A stretch of 35,278 nt of DNA from Nemertoderma westbladi (taxonomy: Eukaryota > Animalia > Xenacoelomorpha). The stretch covers positions 1 through 35,278 of the forward strand of contig JAUCBJ010003797.1 in the NCBI GenBank assembly GCA_032718475.1. The letters are read 5' to 3'. This document shows positions 10,794 through 22,754 of this stretch, piece by piece. Under the pieces are notes generated by a model that saw nothing but the letters and a program-made list of their open reading frames with translations, ran no database searches and was not told the DNA's origin. Made by a program: the position numbers and the translations under genes. Each line of letters begins with the position of its first letter. Within the stretch, counting starts at the first letter, position 1.

Positions 10794-13121
10794 ATGGCTT
10801 CATTGTTTGACTCAAAGAAATCATTGACTTCCTCAAGCAGGTCTACAAGATCCAAACAACCACGTCGTCAAGGAAAGATAATCTCCCCTCGAACGACGTT
10901 GCTAACTAAATGGCTCTCCTCCTCACGACCCCCAGACTCCCCTCGGATGACCTCTCAGACAGATATTCCTCTGATAACAATCTCGGATTCCGATTCAGAT
11001 GACCCCGAGGTCAGCGACACATCCAGTCTCCCGTTGGCTCCCATATTCCTCAATAATAATATAAGTTCGTCTCAACTCAACGAGACAGGAACATCGATGG
11101 AGACGGAGGTTCACAATAATTCTTGCTACAACGACGAGAATTCAAACGATTCCCAAGACGCCAATGAAACTCCCTATTATTACAACATAACTCTCTCGAT
11201 AATAAACGAGATTTATAACGATTCATTTTATGTTAATGTCATAAACGATAAGGATAGAGAAACGATAGCGAATTTCCACGATTTAGCTTATAATTCGCAA
11301 CTATTATATATTCGGTTGTTTCAAAGGAAGATTAAGTGGATTAAATTGTCATCTATTTCATATAAAGAGATTAATAACCTGAAAGAGGCGCTTAAAGAAT
11401 TAATAGCCGCCGGTTTTGTAAGAGATATAAAACAACTAAGCGTTCTATCAGACGCGCTTTCTTTATTAACTTCGCAGGAATTGCGAATTTTCGCAAAATC
11501 AATGAATTTTACTTCCGTAAAGAAGAATCGTTCATCGTTAATCCAAATTATTTGCGATCATTGCGCTCAGGTCGACGCAGAAGTGTCGCCGTTCAAATGT
11601 TCCACGAAACTCTACGATAAAACGCTGAACCGAGTTCGAGCGATCATCCAACCGAGTTACAAACTCGTCTCAGCAACTCGTCTCTGTTTCATGCGCTCCT
11701 TCCGGCTGTATTCGGCGCCGTTCGGCTGGACTCTCGACGAGAACAACCTGGCCAACTCGCTGATCCATCGGATATCCCAGACGAGCAGAACGATTCGAAC
11801 TCCCTTCCAAATCCAACGGAGTTCCTGTTTATTCGAGACGCGAAGTGAACTCGTTAATTACGATAACATTTTATATCTGCGGAACGAAATGGAGAATTAT
11901 TTAGCGACGAAACGTCTCGATAAAGCGATGGAGGTGTTTAATGAGTGTAAATCGCAATATGGTGGTAATTTTATTGATACGCAAATCGTTTTGTTTGATT
12001 CTAAAAAGCCGGAATACCGTCGTAGATTCACGGCCAACCACGTTTACTGCAAGGCGATGTTCGTGGGGGTGGAAGTGTTACAGCGACGGAAGGAATACGG
12101 AGCGGCGGTGGCCGAGTTGGAGCGGCTGCTGTCGCAACGGGTGTATGGGAGCAGCGCTCGCGGTCGCTGGTACGACAGACTCGCGCTCAATCTGCACTGC
12201 CATCTACAGCAGCGCGAACGCGCGCTCGCCGCGGTGCTGCGGGGGTTGAGGGACGCGGAGGTCCGGATGGGTTGCAGACGGAGTCTCGTAATCCGGGGAC
12301 GGAAACTCGTTAAAACCAAGGCGCTCGCCGGGTTGCGGAACGAGTTGGCGGCGCTCGCTGGGGATGGAACCGACTCCGTTCCGACCGACTCAGTTCCGAC
12401 CGAGTCCGTTCCGACCGTCTCCATCTGCGGGCGACTCAACGACGGCGTTGGGCCCTCCACCCACTCCGCCTTGCGGTTTATCTCCCCGGTCTCGGCAACC
12501 CAACCCGCTGTACTTCTCTGCTCCGTCGAGGAGTTGGCGCTCTCGCACTACCGAACTATCGGCTACTCTCAGGGAATCCACTGCGAGGGTTCCAACATTC
12601 GCTTACTCGTTGCGCTCGTTATGTGGGACGTAATCTTCTCTCTCGAACCCGACGTTTTTCACTCCAAATATCAAACGTCCCCGTTGGACTTTTATACCCA
12701 AGATTTTTATTTTTCGCGTAAAGTATTAATCGACACTAAACTCGATATAATTCGATCGTCGCAGCTCAACTATATTGTCGCCACCTTGCGGTTGGTTTGG
12801 GTTTTCAACTGCGGGACGTTTTGTGAAGGGGTTAACTGGAAATTGTTCCGGGACTTCGAGCACTTCGAGTCTTGGTTGCGCTGCCTTTCGCCGGCTTTTA
12901 TCGCCGACGTCTGTCTCTATATGGTACGGAATCCTCGGCTGGTCAGGGCTGGTCTCCCAGACCTTTTGGTCTGGAACCCAGAATATCTGCACTGGAAGAT
13001 GGTCGAAGTCAAAGGCCCCAAAGACAGACTGTCGGCTAAACAGTTGGTGTGGTTGAATCGGTTGTGTGCGTGGGGTGTAGCTGCTGAGGTCTGCCATGTT
13101 GTGCCGACTGGGGGTAGGTAG
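10794..13121 (+). CDS. FAN1: Fanconi-associated nuclease 1 (VRR-NUC domain), single ORF
   Basis: 775-aa ORF with LYIRLFQRKxxW, RGRWYDRLALNL, VEELAL...G.H.EG and the nuclease core GLPDLLVW...EVKGPKDRLSAKQLVWL. Confidence 0.95.
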   Translation: MASLFDSKKSLTSSSRSTRSKQPRRQGKIISPRTTLLTKWLSSSRPPDSPRMTSQTDIPLITISDSDSDDPEVSDTSSLPLAPIFLNNNISSSQLNETGTSMETEVHNNSCYNDENSNDSQDANETPYYYNITLSIINEIYNDSFYVNVINDKDRETIANFHDLAYNSQLLYIRLFQRKIKWIKLSSISYKEINNLKEALKELIAAGFVRDIKQLSVLSDALSLLTSQELRIFAKSMNFTSVKKNRSSLIQIICDHCAQVDAEVSPFKCSTKLYDKTLNRVRAIIQPSYKLVSATRLCFMRSFRLYSAPFGWTLDENNLANSLIHRISQTSRTIRTPFQIQRSSCLFETRSELVNYDNILYLRNEMENYLATKRLDKAMEVFNECKSQYGGNFIDTQIVLFDSKKPEYRRRFTANHVYCKAMFVGVEVLQRRKEYGAAVAELERLLSQRVYGSSARGRWYDRLALNLHCHLQQRERALAAVLRGLRDAEVRMGCRRSLVIRGRKLVKTKALAGLRNELAALAGDGTDSVPTDSVPTESVPTVSICGRLNDGVGPSTHSALRFISPVSATQPAVLLCSVEELALSHYRTIGYSQGIHCEGSNIRLLVALVMWDVIFSLEPDVFHSKYQTSPLDFYTQDFYFSRKVLIDTKLDIIRSSQLNYIVATLRLVWVFNCGTFCEGVNWKLFRDFEHFESWLRCLSPAFIADVCLYMVRNPRLVRAGLPDLLVWNPEYLHWKMVEVKGPKDRLSAKQLVWLNRLCAWGVAAEVCHVVPTGGR

Positions 13122-13872
13122 GAGACCCCCCCCCCCCCCCCCCCCCCCCTATCACAGGTGTTTTTATACGAATTTGTAGACCCATCCCCTGACCGTGGGT
13201 TAATGAGCGTACATAAATGAAATAATACAATGAATTTATTGTAGTGCTAAAAACATTGTTGGTGCAATCTATATTAACTAAATAATGTTGTTAATGAAAA
13301 AATATAATCCGATAATTAAATTTAATCATTTGAATCCAGTATATAGGGGATCCGATCTTACGAAAACTTGTATATAAGCCGAAATATTTGGTTCCGAGCT
13401 TAAGATTATCTCGAAGCGTAACAAAAATTACACGTATTGAGTCTAATATCTCCTAAATATTGAATCTTCGAAGACATTAAATTGTAATTTTGAATTCCAT
13501 GAAAAAAAAACTCTTTAAAAATCCCTCCCTTCCTGGTAGTATTTACCTGAATTTGTTCTAGAATCAAAGCCAATGTCGCGCAAAATCAATATAAAATTAT
13601 TAAACTGTGTTACAGCAATCAACACGTAACAATTATTTATTACTTGGAAAATTATCATTTAACTCGAGGCATTTTATTTACCGAGCGACAGCGAGATTGA
13701 TAAAGGGTCGAGAGAATATTGAACAAATAAAAATAAATAAAATATTGAAATTTAAGAAATTTCACCAAAATATTTTCACATGTTCTTATTGTCATTATTC
13801 TTCTTTTGCCGGGAAAAAGTAAAATCAATGCTCCCCTTTCTCCCGATTTTGGGTATTTTCGCGTGAATAAGT

Positions 13873-14472
13873 AACACGTTCGTGGTGCCTTCGCGCAGCA
13901 CGAGAGCCTATATTAGGAAGTAATGTCTCTATTAGATATACGAAAACCGTCTTTCCCAAAATATGAATGATGGCGATGCTATCAGTTTGCGATAAACTAG
14001 TTGTAAAAACAGAGATCCCTTTCAGTTTGCCCTTACACACTTTAACTGTCATTTGTAACCCTTCTAACTAGGGCTATTTAAGTTAAGTATGACATTTTTA
14101 GTTTTACAATACTCTTCTCCTTCATTAGCCTCGTTGCGCTCGTTCTGTTTTGTCTTAAAATAATTTTCCTAAACGTAGACTAACGACCTTTATAACTATG
14201 CAAAGTCTCGAAACTGTGAGAGTAACTGTTGATTTATGGCAGATGGATACTCGTTTCCACTGTAAACTCGTTGCGTTCTTTCGTTTTTGACCAAACTTGA
14301 GATTCTTTCTAAACTTTTGCCGGACTATATACGTACTAAGTTTCGTTTAATTTCATGAAGGAATAACCGAGTTATTAGCGATAAAAAAATTTACGACGAC
14401 GATAGACGACAGACAACTTGTTAAGAGCACCCGTAGGCTAAGGCTTCGCTCACTTCGTGGCTCGCCCACAAT
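13873..14472 (+). mobile_element. Non-autonomous Helentron/HINE-like element, copy 1
   Basis: Shares with 16453-18405 the 5' motif, the internal core (TTGCGTTC...CCAAACTT...GAATAACCGAGTTATTAG), a GAC/GACA microsatellite and the 3' GCTAAGGCTTCGCTCACTTCGTGGCTCGCCC. The class is inferred from architecture. Confidence 0.65.
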
Positions 14473-16207
14473 TTAAGAATAAAACTATTAAATATGAACA
14501 TCATACCAGAGCATTATTTTTATTAAGTACATCACTGGGCAATGATGCAATACCTCTATATAGAGGCGAGTCAATCTAGCATAAAACTCATCCGAACCAC
14601 ATACAGTAAGTATTAATTATGATTCTACAGTATATTGTGAATCTATATTAACATATTACTGTAATGACCGAAAAAAGTTAAAAAATTACAATTTATTTTG
14701 CAGATCATATGTTTATTCATGGAAATTCTGCGCAAATTTGCATAACACAAGCCAAACAAAAGGAACAGTAGGGAAGAGTAAGTAGCAAATTGGTGATGTT
14801 CCAGAATAATTTAATTAATTTCACAATATGGTGCAATAGGGTTGGTGACTCAAACAAAAAATTTCTATAAACGCGTTCATGAAATGTAAAAAGGTGTGCT
14901 GATCACGAATCTGAAAACCGTTTTTAAATTCATCGAGTTCCGACTGAGATTGAGGGGTTTATACACCAGCGCGGGAAAATCTTACAGTAGTTTAAACGCT
15001 CTGATTTACTGTTCCACTTTGTCGCTAGGAATAAAATTGAAAATGAATAAAATTAAAAAAATTTAAATGAATGAATGAATAAAATTTACACTGGCCTGTT
15101 TCACGTAAATTGTTATATCTCGGTAACTGTAACTGGCATACAATTTTTAAATATGTAAAAAATTTCGCGACATACCTTAATAAATCGCGAAATTTTTTAT
15201 GTTAAAAAAAATTGTTCACTTCCACTGCAAGGAAATTATTTTTTTGACGGAGATTTTTCACATAATAAACTTGTGAATAATCTATTAATAACTTAGGGGT
15301 AATTTATTTATTTGATTTAGTTTAAAATCCAGAATAATTTGTAATATATCCAATCAATTTTTGGGGGATGAGGGTTTTTGAGGTCGACAAATCTGATGGG
15401 TAATTGGTTGTAGGTTCGGCCCCCACCAGGGTCCACTCCGCCTTTCATTGATAAAATGGATACCAGTTGTTGTTGTTTCGTTGGGAGAAAACCTTTTGCC
15501 GCTAGAAGTCAATAGCCAACGCCTAATGGAATGTTATTAATTTCTACCCAAACATTGTCATACATGCACATCGGATACAGTAGAATACGTTTGCTATCTC
15601 AATAAGTTTCATGAAGTTGGATTGCAATCACTCGGGATCCTAAAAACACTCAGTTTTTATCGATTGCGAATCAAAATCGTTACTTAGGAATCTAAAAGGA
15701 ATAATCCGTTAATTAAAGTCAATTAAACTGCTAATAATTTATTTTTATGGAATTGCAAACAATTACGATTTTACGGAAAAAGAAATATAAACTTCTCTCA
15801 TTTCGTTATTTTGTTTTCCGTTCAAGTTGAAACTTGTAAGACCGTAAATATACAGTACATGCTAGACCGTAGACCATCCATTGTTGGGACGGTAATACAA
15901 TTCTCCAGTCTACCGCTAGTGGGCTGAAATGAAATCCTTCAGCCTTTTCGTGTTTGTCTATAATCCTTTCTTCCTGATTGATACCTGGCACATATATTCT
16001 AGACCTCAGTCTGAGTATTTGTGAGGTCTTCTTAAATCGACTGCAGTTACCCAGTCTGCCTCTAGGTGGTAAAGTGATTAAGGGGACTTCTGCTTAGATT
16101 TTGCTTATTATACTTTCGAGTTGACACTTACCATAAGTTTATGTCACGTGCTGCTCGAAGGCCCTACTTCCTGTTTATAATACTTTTAATAGGAAACTTG
16201 TCAGATG

Positions 16208-16345
16208 TCTCCCGCTAGAGGGAGAAAAATCAGAAAGTAAAAGCCTCTAATCCCATTGTCCATTTACATGACTCATACCAATATTTGCACTTGCTGTCGT
16301 TTGGTAGATCCGAATATTTGAACGCTAATAACTCCGTCAATTCCT
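16208..16345 (-). repeat. Interspersed repeat fragment, paralog of 19858-20032
   Basis: TCCCGCTAGAGGGAGAAAAATC...CCATTGTCCATTTACATGACTC...TCCGAATATTTGAACGC...ATTAAATTAACCAAACTT occurs at both sites. Its reverse complement resembles the HINE-like core. Confidence 0.75.
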
Positions 16346-16452
16346 CATTAAATTAACCAAACTTTAGACTGTATATGTTGTAGCCTACTGTATGTTATGT
16401 AAACTTCATATTAGGTCGCGCTTTTAATCTTAATTTCTTCTTAATGTATAAA

Positions 16453-18405
16453 AACACGTTCGTGGGGTCTTCGCGCAGCACGACGTGCGCAATGCCTTAG
16501 CATATAGGGGCCCCATTAACGAGTTGTCTGTTCATAGTCAGAAGTCGTCAACATAATACTCATTTCCTTCATTTGCCTCGTTGCGTTCGTTCGTTTTTTA
16601 CCAAACTTCAGATTATTTCTAAACTTTTGACGGACTACATACGTACCAATTTCGTTTAATTTTATCGAGGAATAACCGAGTTATTAGAGATCAAAAATTT
16701 ACGGCGACGTCAGACACTAGTACTACTGTACTACTAGTAGGATCGGCATGCTGCATTGCAGCTGCATTTTTAAGAATGCTGTGCCGGCTTATCGACAAAA
16801 TTGCACCGACACAACTCCCTATCACCCATGACATTTGCTAGATCATCCGCATCTTCTAGGCCAGTGTCCTTTAAGATGCGTCTCAAGAAAGGCATGGGCT
16901 GCCCACCATGCTTATTCACTCCATGAGGCTGCCAAAGTACAAGATTATGCACTGGCTGGTCCTCACGGCGAAAGCAATGTCCTGCAAAGCGGAGGCGATT
17001 TTGTTCTAGTGTCAAGCTTGGGGGAACCAATGAGACACCTCCAATGTAATATAGTGTCTGGTTGGAGATGTGTGCATTGTACTTGACACAATGAACCCGG
17101 CTTAGCATTCTTGTGAATGTGCCATCCAGAGATTTGGTGTCCTCAGAAGTTAGAGCCCAGCATGCACTCCCATAGAGGAGTACTGGAACTACTGCTGCTC
17201 TAAATAATCGGACCTTAAGTTTCCGATTAATTCTCGGTGACTTCCAAATCCTGGAAAGCCTATTCAAGGCTGCCCATGCCTTTCCCTTACGTATTCGAAG
17301 GTCCTCACCTGACTTCCGGATCCATGATCCCAGGTAACAGAAGTCATCCACATGTTCAAGCATACCATCTTTTGAGCTTATGCGCATCCGATCAGAGACT
17401 TGCTGAGGACTTTCAAAGTTAACTGTCAAAATTTTGGTCTTTCTGGAGTTAATAAAAAGACCAACACTAGAAGCAGCAGGTTCTAATGAGCTGAGGAGCC
17501 GTTGGGCTCCCTCTAGTGATTCTGAGAGTACTCCTAAGTCATCAGCAAAAGTCTAGATCAGTTAGGTACTTGGCAGGATTTCCTCGACTTCTGGAGCCAG
17601 TAGGTGGAGTTATCATCACCCCATCATCATTATGATGATCTAAGGACTTGCGTAGAACATAGTCAACAACAATTATGAACAAGAATGGTGCAAGTGTGTC
17701 TCCCTGGAGGACGCCCCATAACACTTCAAATGGTTCTGTGTCACCGTCAACAGTAGACACAAATGTTGTCGAACCATCGTATACTGATATGATTGCTGCA
17801 CTAATTTCATCAGGAATCCCATATAATGAAAGTATGCTGAACATACGTGAGCGAGAGACTGAATCAAAGGCCTTGAAGAAGTCAACAAAGATAACAGCCA
17901 GATGCCTGTCTTTCTTTTTTGATAACTCTTCAATTTATCCTTCTAAGTGCCAAAATGGGTTCCATGGTCCCACGACCTTTACGGAACCCATTCTGATTTC
18001 CACGGAGCAGTCTCTCAATGGGATCCCTGATGCGATTTAATATAATTCTATTGTACAGCTTTGCAGCAATCGAGATCAATGAGATTCCCCGAAAAGAACC
18101 ATAGAGTGTTAGGTTGCCCTTCTTGGGAACTGGCACCAACTTATTTGTTTTCATTTCTTGTGGGACTTTTGTTGTTCGGTACATGTCTACTATGATGGGA
18201 TAGATGAGCTTTAAACACTCAGGTATTTTAAAGACCTCAGGGGGAACACCATCTACTCCACTGGTACGATTGGTCTTAATGCTCTTTGCAGCAGCCTTCA
18301 CTTCTGCAAAGGAGATATCACCAATGGGAATATCTGGGAGCACAGACAACTCGTTAATGGCACCCATATGCTAAGGCTTCGCTCACTTCGTGGCTCGCCC
18401 CACAA
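16453..18405 (+). mobile_element. Helentron/HINE-like element, copy 2, interrupted by a LINE
   Basis: Same termini and core as copy 1, plus an inverted repeat of about 37 bp at 16494-16531 / 18342-18377. Confidence 0.7.
16717..18342 (-). mobile_element. 5'-truncated, frameshifted RTE-like LINE (RT region)
   Basis: ORF pieces carry GVDGVPPE, RGISLISIAAKLYNRII, NQNGFRKGR, GVLQGDTLAPFLF, DLDF(A)DD, FCYLGS, LLYGS and RLRFAGH. Short-repeat tail (AGT/TAG) and possible TSD CAGACA (16711-16716, 18343-18348). Confidence 0.9.
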
Positions 18406-18864
18406 GCAAGATATATTAATAAAATGTTATATTTTGTATATTTCAATGTTGTGATGTTCCAAGGCGTTCTAAACTACAGTGTATAGAATGTCTTGGGATA
18501 TTTTATTGATCCACATTTGAGGAAGTAACATAAAATCGTCATCTACAGTAATATAGTAAAGCGCTGTATCATTCCTGCATTTATCACCATTTTTGCTTAG
18601 GCAAGGCGTATACAAACTTAGAAACACCATAGGATACCAGTTACATAATGCCTTGCCATGAATGTATGAATGGGTGTGTTGGTTTGTAGATTATACAAAC
18701 GGGGTCACATAAGGTTATGTAGAATAACATAATAATATGCATTACTTAACAAACCAGCAATTACTGTATTATTATTGTTAAACAAATAATTAGAAACCAT
18801 TCGGTTGAATTTTGTGAACCAAAAGTGAACATCTCGTGACATTTAAACACGTTGAAACACGTAA

Positions 18865-19629
18865 ATGATGCAATTGCTTCATTTTTCTCCGGATACTTAC
18901 CGTTTACAAATGTTCATTATTATTTTTGTTCTCTATGTGTCATTTAACTTATCAGCTGCTCAGAACATCAACACAACTTCCCAGAACGTCAACGCAACTT
19001 CGCAGAAATTCGCATGCCCAATGGGTGCGAATTGGAGAGTGTCCTCTAAAAATAACCAGTTGCAAGATGTAACAAGTAGGAGGCTCGATAAGTTTCTTGA
19101 AGCTAATGATATCTTTGAATCAGAGAAAGTAGATGGGGATTACTGCGTTCAGTGTGGAGTGATATCGCTCTACTTCACCGCATACTCAGATGAATTCAAT
19201 GATGATGTAACCTTTGAGGCACAAGAGAAACATTGCTTCACGGAAGAAGTACGGGGCCATTGCCTACCAGCCAGCGAAGAAGGGTGTATATACCTGTGGA
19301 CAGTTGTCCTTCCAGATTCTGATCCAGCTGAATTTGATGATAATAACATCAATGACTTCCATATCCGTCTCTTTGGTTATCTCTCCTATTTCAATTACCT
19401 TCAGCTTACACTTCCAATAACGTACATGACTTGCCAGTCACAGTGTTGTGACACTGGAGTGTGCCCCGCTGTCGTGTGGAAACATGATATGAGCACCATG
19501 GCAGCACCGTCAACCGAAACAACACCCATATCGGTCACCACCATGGAAAGTGGTTCAGGTAATGTCAATCAACCGGCAAAGATCCTCGCGGCAGGGATTA
19601 TCATTGCTATAGTTGTGACTCGAATATAA
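18865..19629 (+). CDS. Secreted / GPI-anchored Cys-rich protein, Ly6/uPAR (three-finger)-like
   Basis: Signal-peptide-like MFIIIFVLYVSFNLSAAQ (ATG 18910), 10 Cys ending in CxxxCCxxxxC, a Ser/Thr-rich stalk and a hydrophobic C-terminus. The fold is inferred. Confidence 0.7.
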   Translation: MMQLLHFSPDTYRLQMFIIIFVLYVSFNLSAAQNINTTSQNVNATSQKFACPMGANWRVSSKNNQLQDVTSRRLDKFLEANDIFESEKVDGDYCVQCGVISLYFTAYSDEFNDDVTFEAQEKHCFTEEVRGHCLPASEEGCIYLWTVVLPDSDPAEFDDNNINDFHIRLFGYLSYFNYLQLTLPITYMTCQSQCCDTGVCPAVVWKHDMSTMAAPSTETTPISVTTMESGSGNVNQPAKILAAGIIIAIVVTRI

Positions 19630-19857
19630 TTTATTGTCAAACATTCTGCTATAGACTACGGAGACTGTAGAATATTATTTATTACAGTAGGCCTATATAA
19701 ATAGTATACTGTGTCTAAAGTAGTGGATTGTAAGTATTAATTGAGTACTATAAACTGACTGGGGTATGCTCACACTGCATTGTCAAGATAATCTATGGAT
19801 TGATTAGTAAAATCGAATAAATTTGAGAATATCATTTTCGGAGAACTATTCCCTATT

Positions 19858-20032
19858 GTCCCGCTAGAGGGAGAAAAATCGGAAAGTGCCTATTCATCCC
19901 ATTGTCCATTTACATGACTCTCATTGTGATATTTGCACTTGCTCCTACCTGGGCCCTTGGAGTTGAGTATGATAGTCTGTCGTTTTGTAGTCCGAATATT
20001 TGAACGCCTAATTCATTAAATTAACCAAACTT
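19858..20032 (-). repeat. Interspersed repeat fragment, paralog of 16208-16345
   Basis: Co-linear blocks shared with 16208-16345, with indels. Confidence 0.75.
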
Positions 20033-22061
20033 GATACACATGTAAACTGTAATTTTGACTGGCGCCCGGTATCACATTAGAGAATGAATTTGTCTTGCGC
20101 AGTTCGAGTGATGCAGGAAGTACGCACGAACGTGGCATCTTATATAATATTAACGTATTCAAAGGTATTTAATACCTTAATGAGGCCTTCCCGATATGTA
20201 TTCGTGCTGCCCAAGTACCACGCAAAGGCTCCACAATATATTATTATTATCAGTTTGTTTATTCACAATAAGTGACATACTGTAGTAGTAAATTGACCGG
20301 TAGTTCACAGCACCAATGACAGTATAATTAATTTAAACGAGGGAGGTACAGGATGCACGTTATGTAGTTATGGCATCAAATGACAAATAAAGTTATAGAT
20401 AGGATTATATCTCAGCCCTAACACGACAGACATAAAAATTTAAAACAGACCACGAACGCCCCACGCCTAGCACTGTTACTACAAAGATTGTAAATAGCAC
20501 TGTGGACGCATTTATTACATACTGTAGTTATTTCTACCACCTATAACAGGATTCCTTCACAATACGGTGTGTGTGACATGCGTATTATAGTTGATTGTGA
20601 AATTCACCAGCAATCAGATAACCACTCCCAAACCCTAAACGAAGTTGAAGAAGCTCAAAATGCGATCATATTTCATTCTGACAGACGAAGGTAGGTTGTA
20701 TGTAACACCGACGCATAAATTCTGCTATGTTACTCCGAAGTGGATAATGACACTATTTGAAGTCGGTGACTAAGTGATGACTTACAGTAGTCATAAGTTA
20801 AACAGATGTTAGTACTGTAGGTGTATTGGAAATTACTCTTCTTGATGATTCATAGCATCATAGTAGGTAGATAGGATACCAAGGTCGGTGTGGTTGTTTC
20901 TTGGTACTTAGGACAAAGTTCGAGTGAGAGTATGGTAAGGACAGCGCAGCAATGTACACACATACACCCTCAATATGCCTCGATAGTTAGTGGTTTACAT
21001 CCAATGATGTCGTAGATGATTTGGTTGCTAACATAGGGACCAAGGTTGAGAACTTGCGTGCTTTGCGGAAATAGGTATATAGTTGTTCTATGGAATGGGT
21101 TGGTTGATAAAGCACCCGCTAAATATTATAGGCACGGCAATAGTACGCCATAATATCCTACGGTGTCGCAGGTGTTTCTTGCACGTCCATCCATTCCTAT
21201 GGAAGACGCCAGATACGCGTGTAATTACTTGAATACAGCTCTGAAGCTGCAAGATTGTGTGTATTGTTTGCAAGAATATGAAATCCCAAGAACGAAATTG
21301 AGGGGCTTGATGCTACTAGGACAACATTAATGTTTATAAATGTTGGAATATTGCAAATTGAACTACCTAGGCCTAGTTGTAAAGACCATCTAGATTTACT
21401 ATCTTCATATTGTAGGTTAATGCTGCTGAGTTCATCATCTACTTTCTAAATGTTATTAGCCTTAACATCACTGAGGACAGCTGAGGGTTGGATGGTTCAC
21501 TAATGGTGCCACAATGCTAAGATTTCCCCTTAGTCACGTGTAATACGACAAAATTATTACATGAAAACCAACGCCCTGAAAAGCGAGATAATATAAGCTG
21601 CGTCATTGGTGGTATAATGGTATGCTGATATGTTTTCAAATTTCTAATTTTGCCAATATCAGCGATACCGAACACCTATCACTATTTAGTATTTATTTAC
21701 CATTGATATGTATTTTTTATATTATTTACAGACCAAATACCTAATCACATACATAAATAAAGAGTACACTAACCATAGATATATCGATAAAGTAAAATAA
21801 ATAAGGAGTGAGTTTATCGAAACATGGGATGAGGGAAATTATTAAATAGGTTCAATGTTATTTGTTATTTCACTGTAATAGTTCGTCCATTGAATTATAA
21901 ATGTGGACTAGGTGGTTGTTACATAAGTTACAACGAAATAATGTAATACAATATTTATTCAACCAATAAATAATCTAATATAATGAACTAATAAAAATAT
22001 CCTTAAAAAATCAAACAATACAAAATAATATTATTATTATAGGATAGAATATCGGTGATAC

Positions 22062-22094
22062 GTGTCGGTGTCGGTGTCTGTGTCGGTGTCGGTG
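22062..22094. repeat. (GTGTCG)n microsatellite
   Basis: About five hexamer units are visible. Confidence 0.8.
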
Positions 22095-22754
22095 ATACTG
22101 CATGCAATACGCCAGTGGATGGTAGATGGACCTACAATGTATTAGGGTACAGGTACGAACGTACACCCAACGTTTTATTGATGGTTTTTATATCTTTCAG
22201 AGATCATTTTATTACATAATGTCAACTTTATTGGAGATTGTCATAAAAGCTGCATAATGACTTTGAATAAAAAAACTTAGATTCATTCGGGGTGCGTTTT
22301 AGAATATTTTCACTAACCATTATTTCAACGGGAAGAGCCGATACAACTAATCACAGTATAAAGGATTACTACACCATTTGAAAGGCTGTGTTATAATAAT
22401 GCGAGGAAGCTGTCATGAAGCATTTGGTCGTTCAAATACAATAGAATACATGTTAAATAGAAAAACAACATTTAACAGTTAGTTAGTTAATTTATTAGGT
22501 ACCGAAATATAAAAGGGACTGGAGATTATTATGTAGAGAGTATCCGGACTCAGATATTATTACTCGGTTCTGCCCGACTTTTGAACGGAAATTGAAAACA
22601 TGCTGACCGATTCCCAATAGGAATCATTGAATATAAAAACCATATAAACCTTTGGCTATATGTCTGAATGCCTAAAAAATGTCTGTCGATAGAATTAGGT
22701 ACCGGTGTAGGGAATGTCGTTGGATTCGCAGTCGTCCGATTAAACGTAAATATT

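Noticed and set aside
11941-13230. Overlapping and antisense ORFs within FAN1 (likewise within pol, COX10 and LINE ORF2)
   Set aside because: These are shadow ORFs of real coding sequence.
14845-15400. Probable DNA-transposon/MITE debris (also about 29500-29870)
   Set aside because: I could not find paired termini or a second copy in the window.
15960-16140. Possible LINE 3'-end relic on the minus strand (..GINQEERI..)
   Set aside because: The similarity is too short and degenerate to support without a search.
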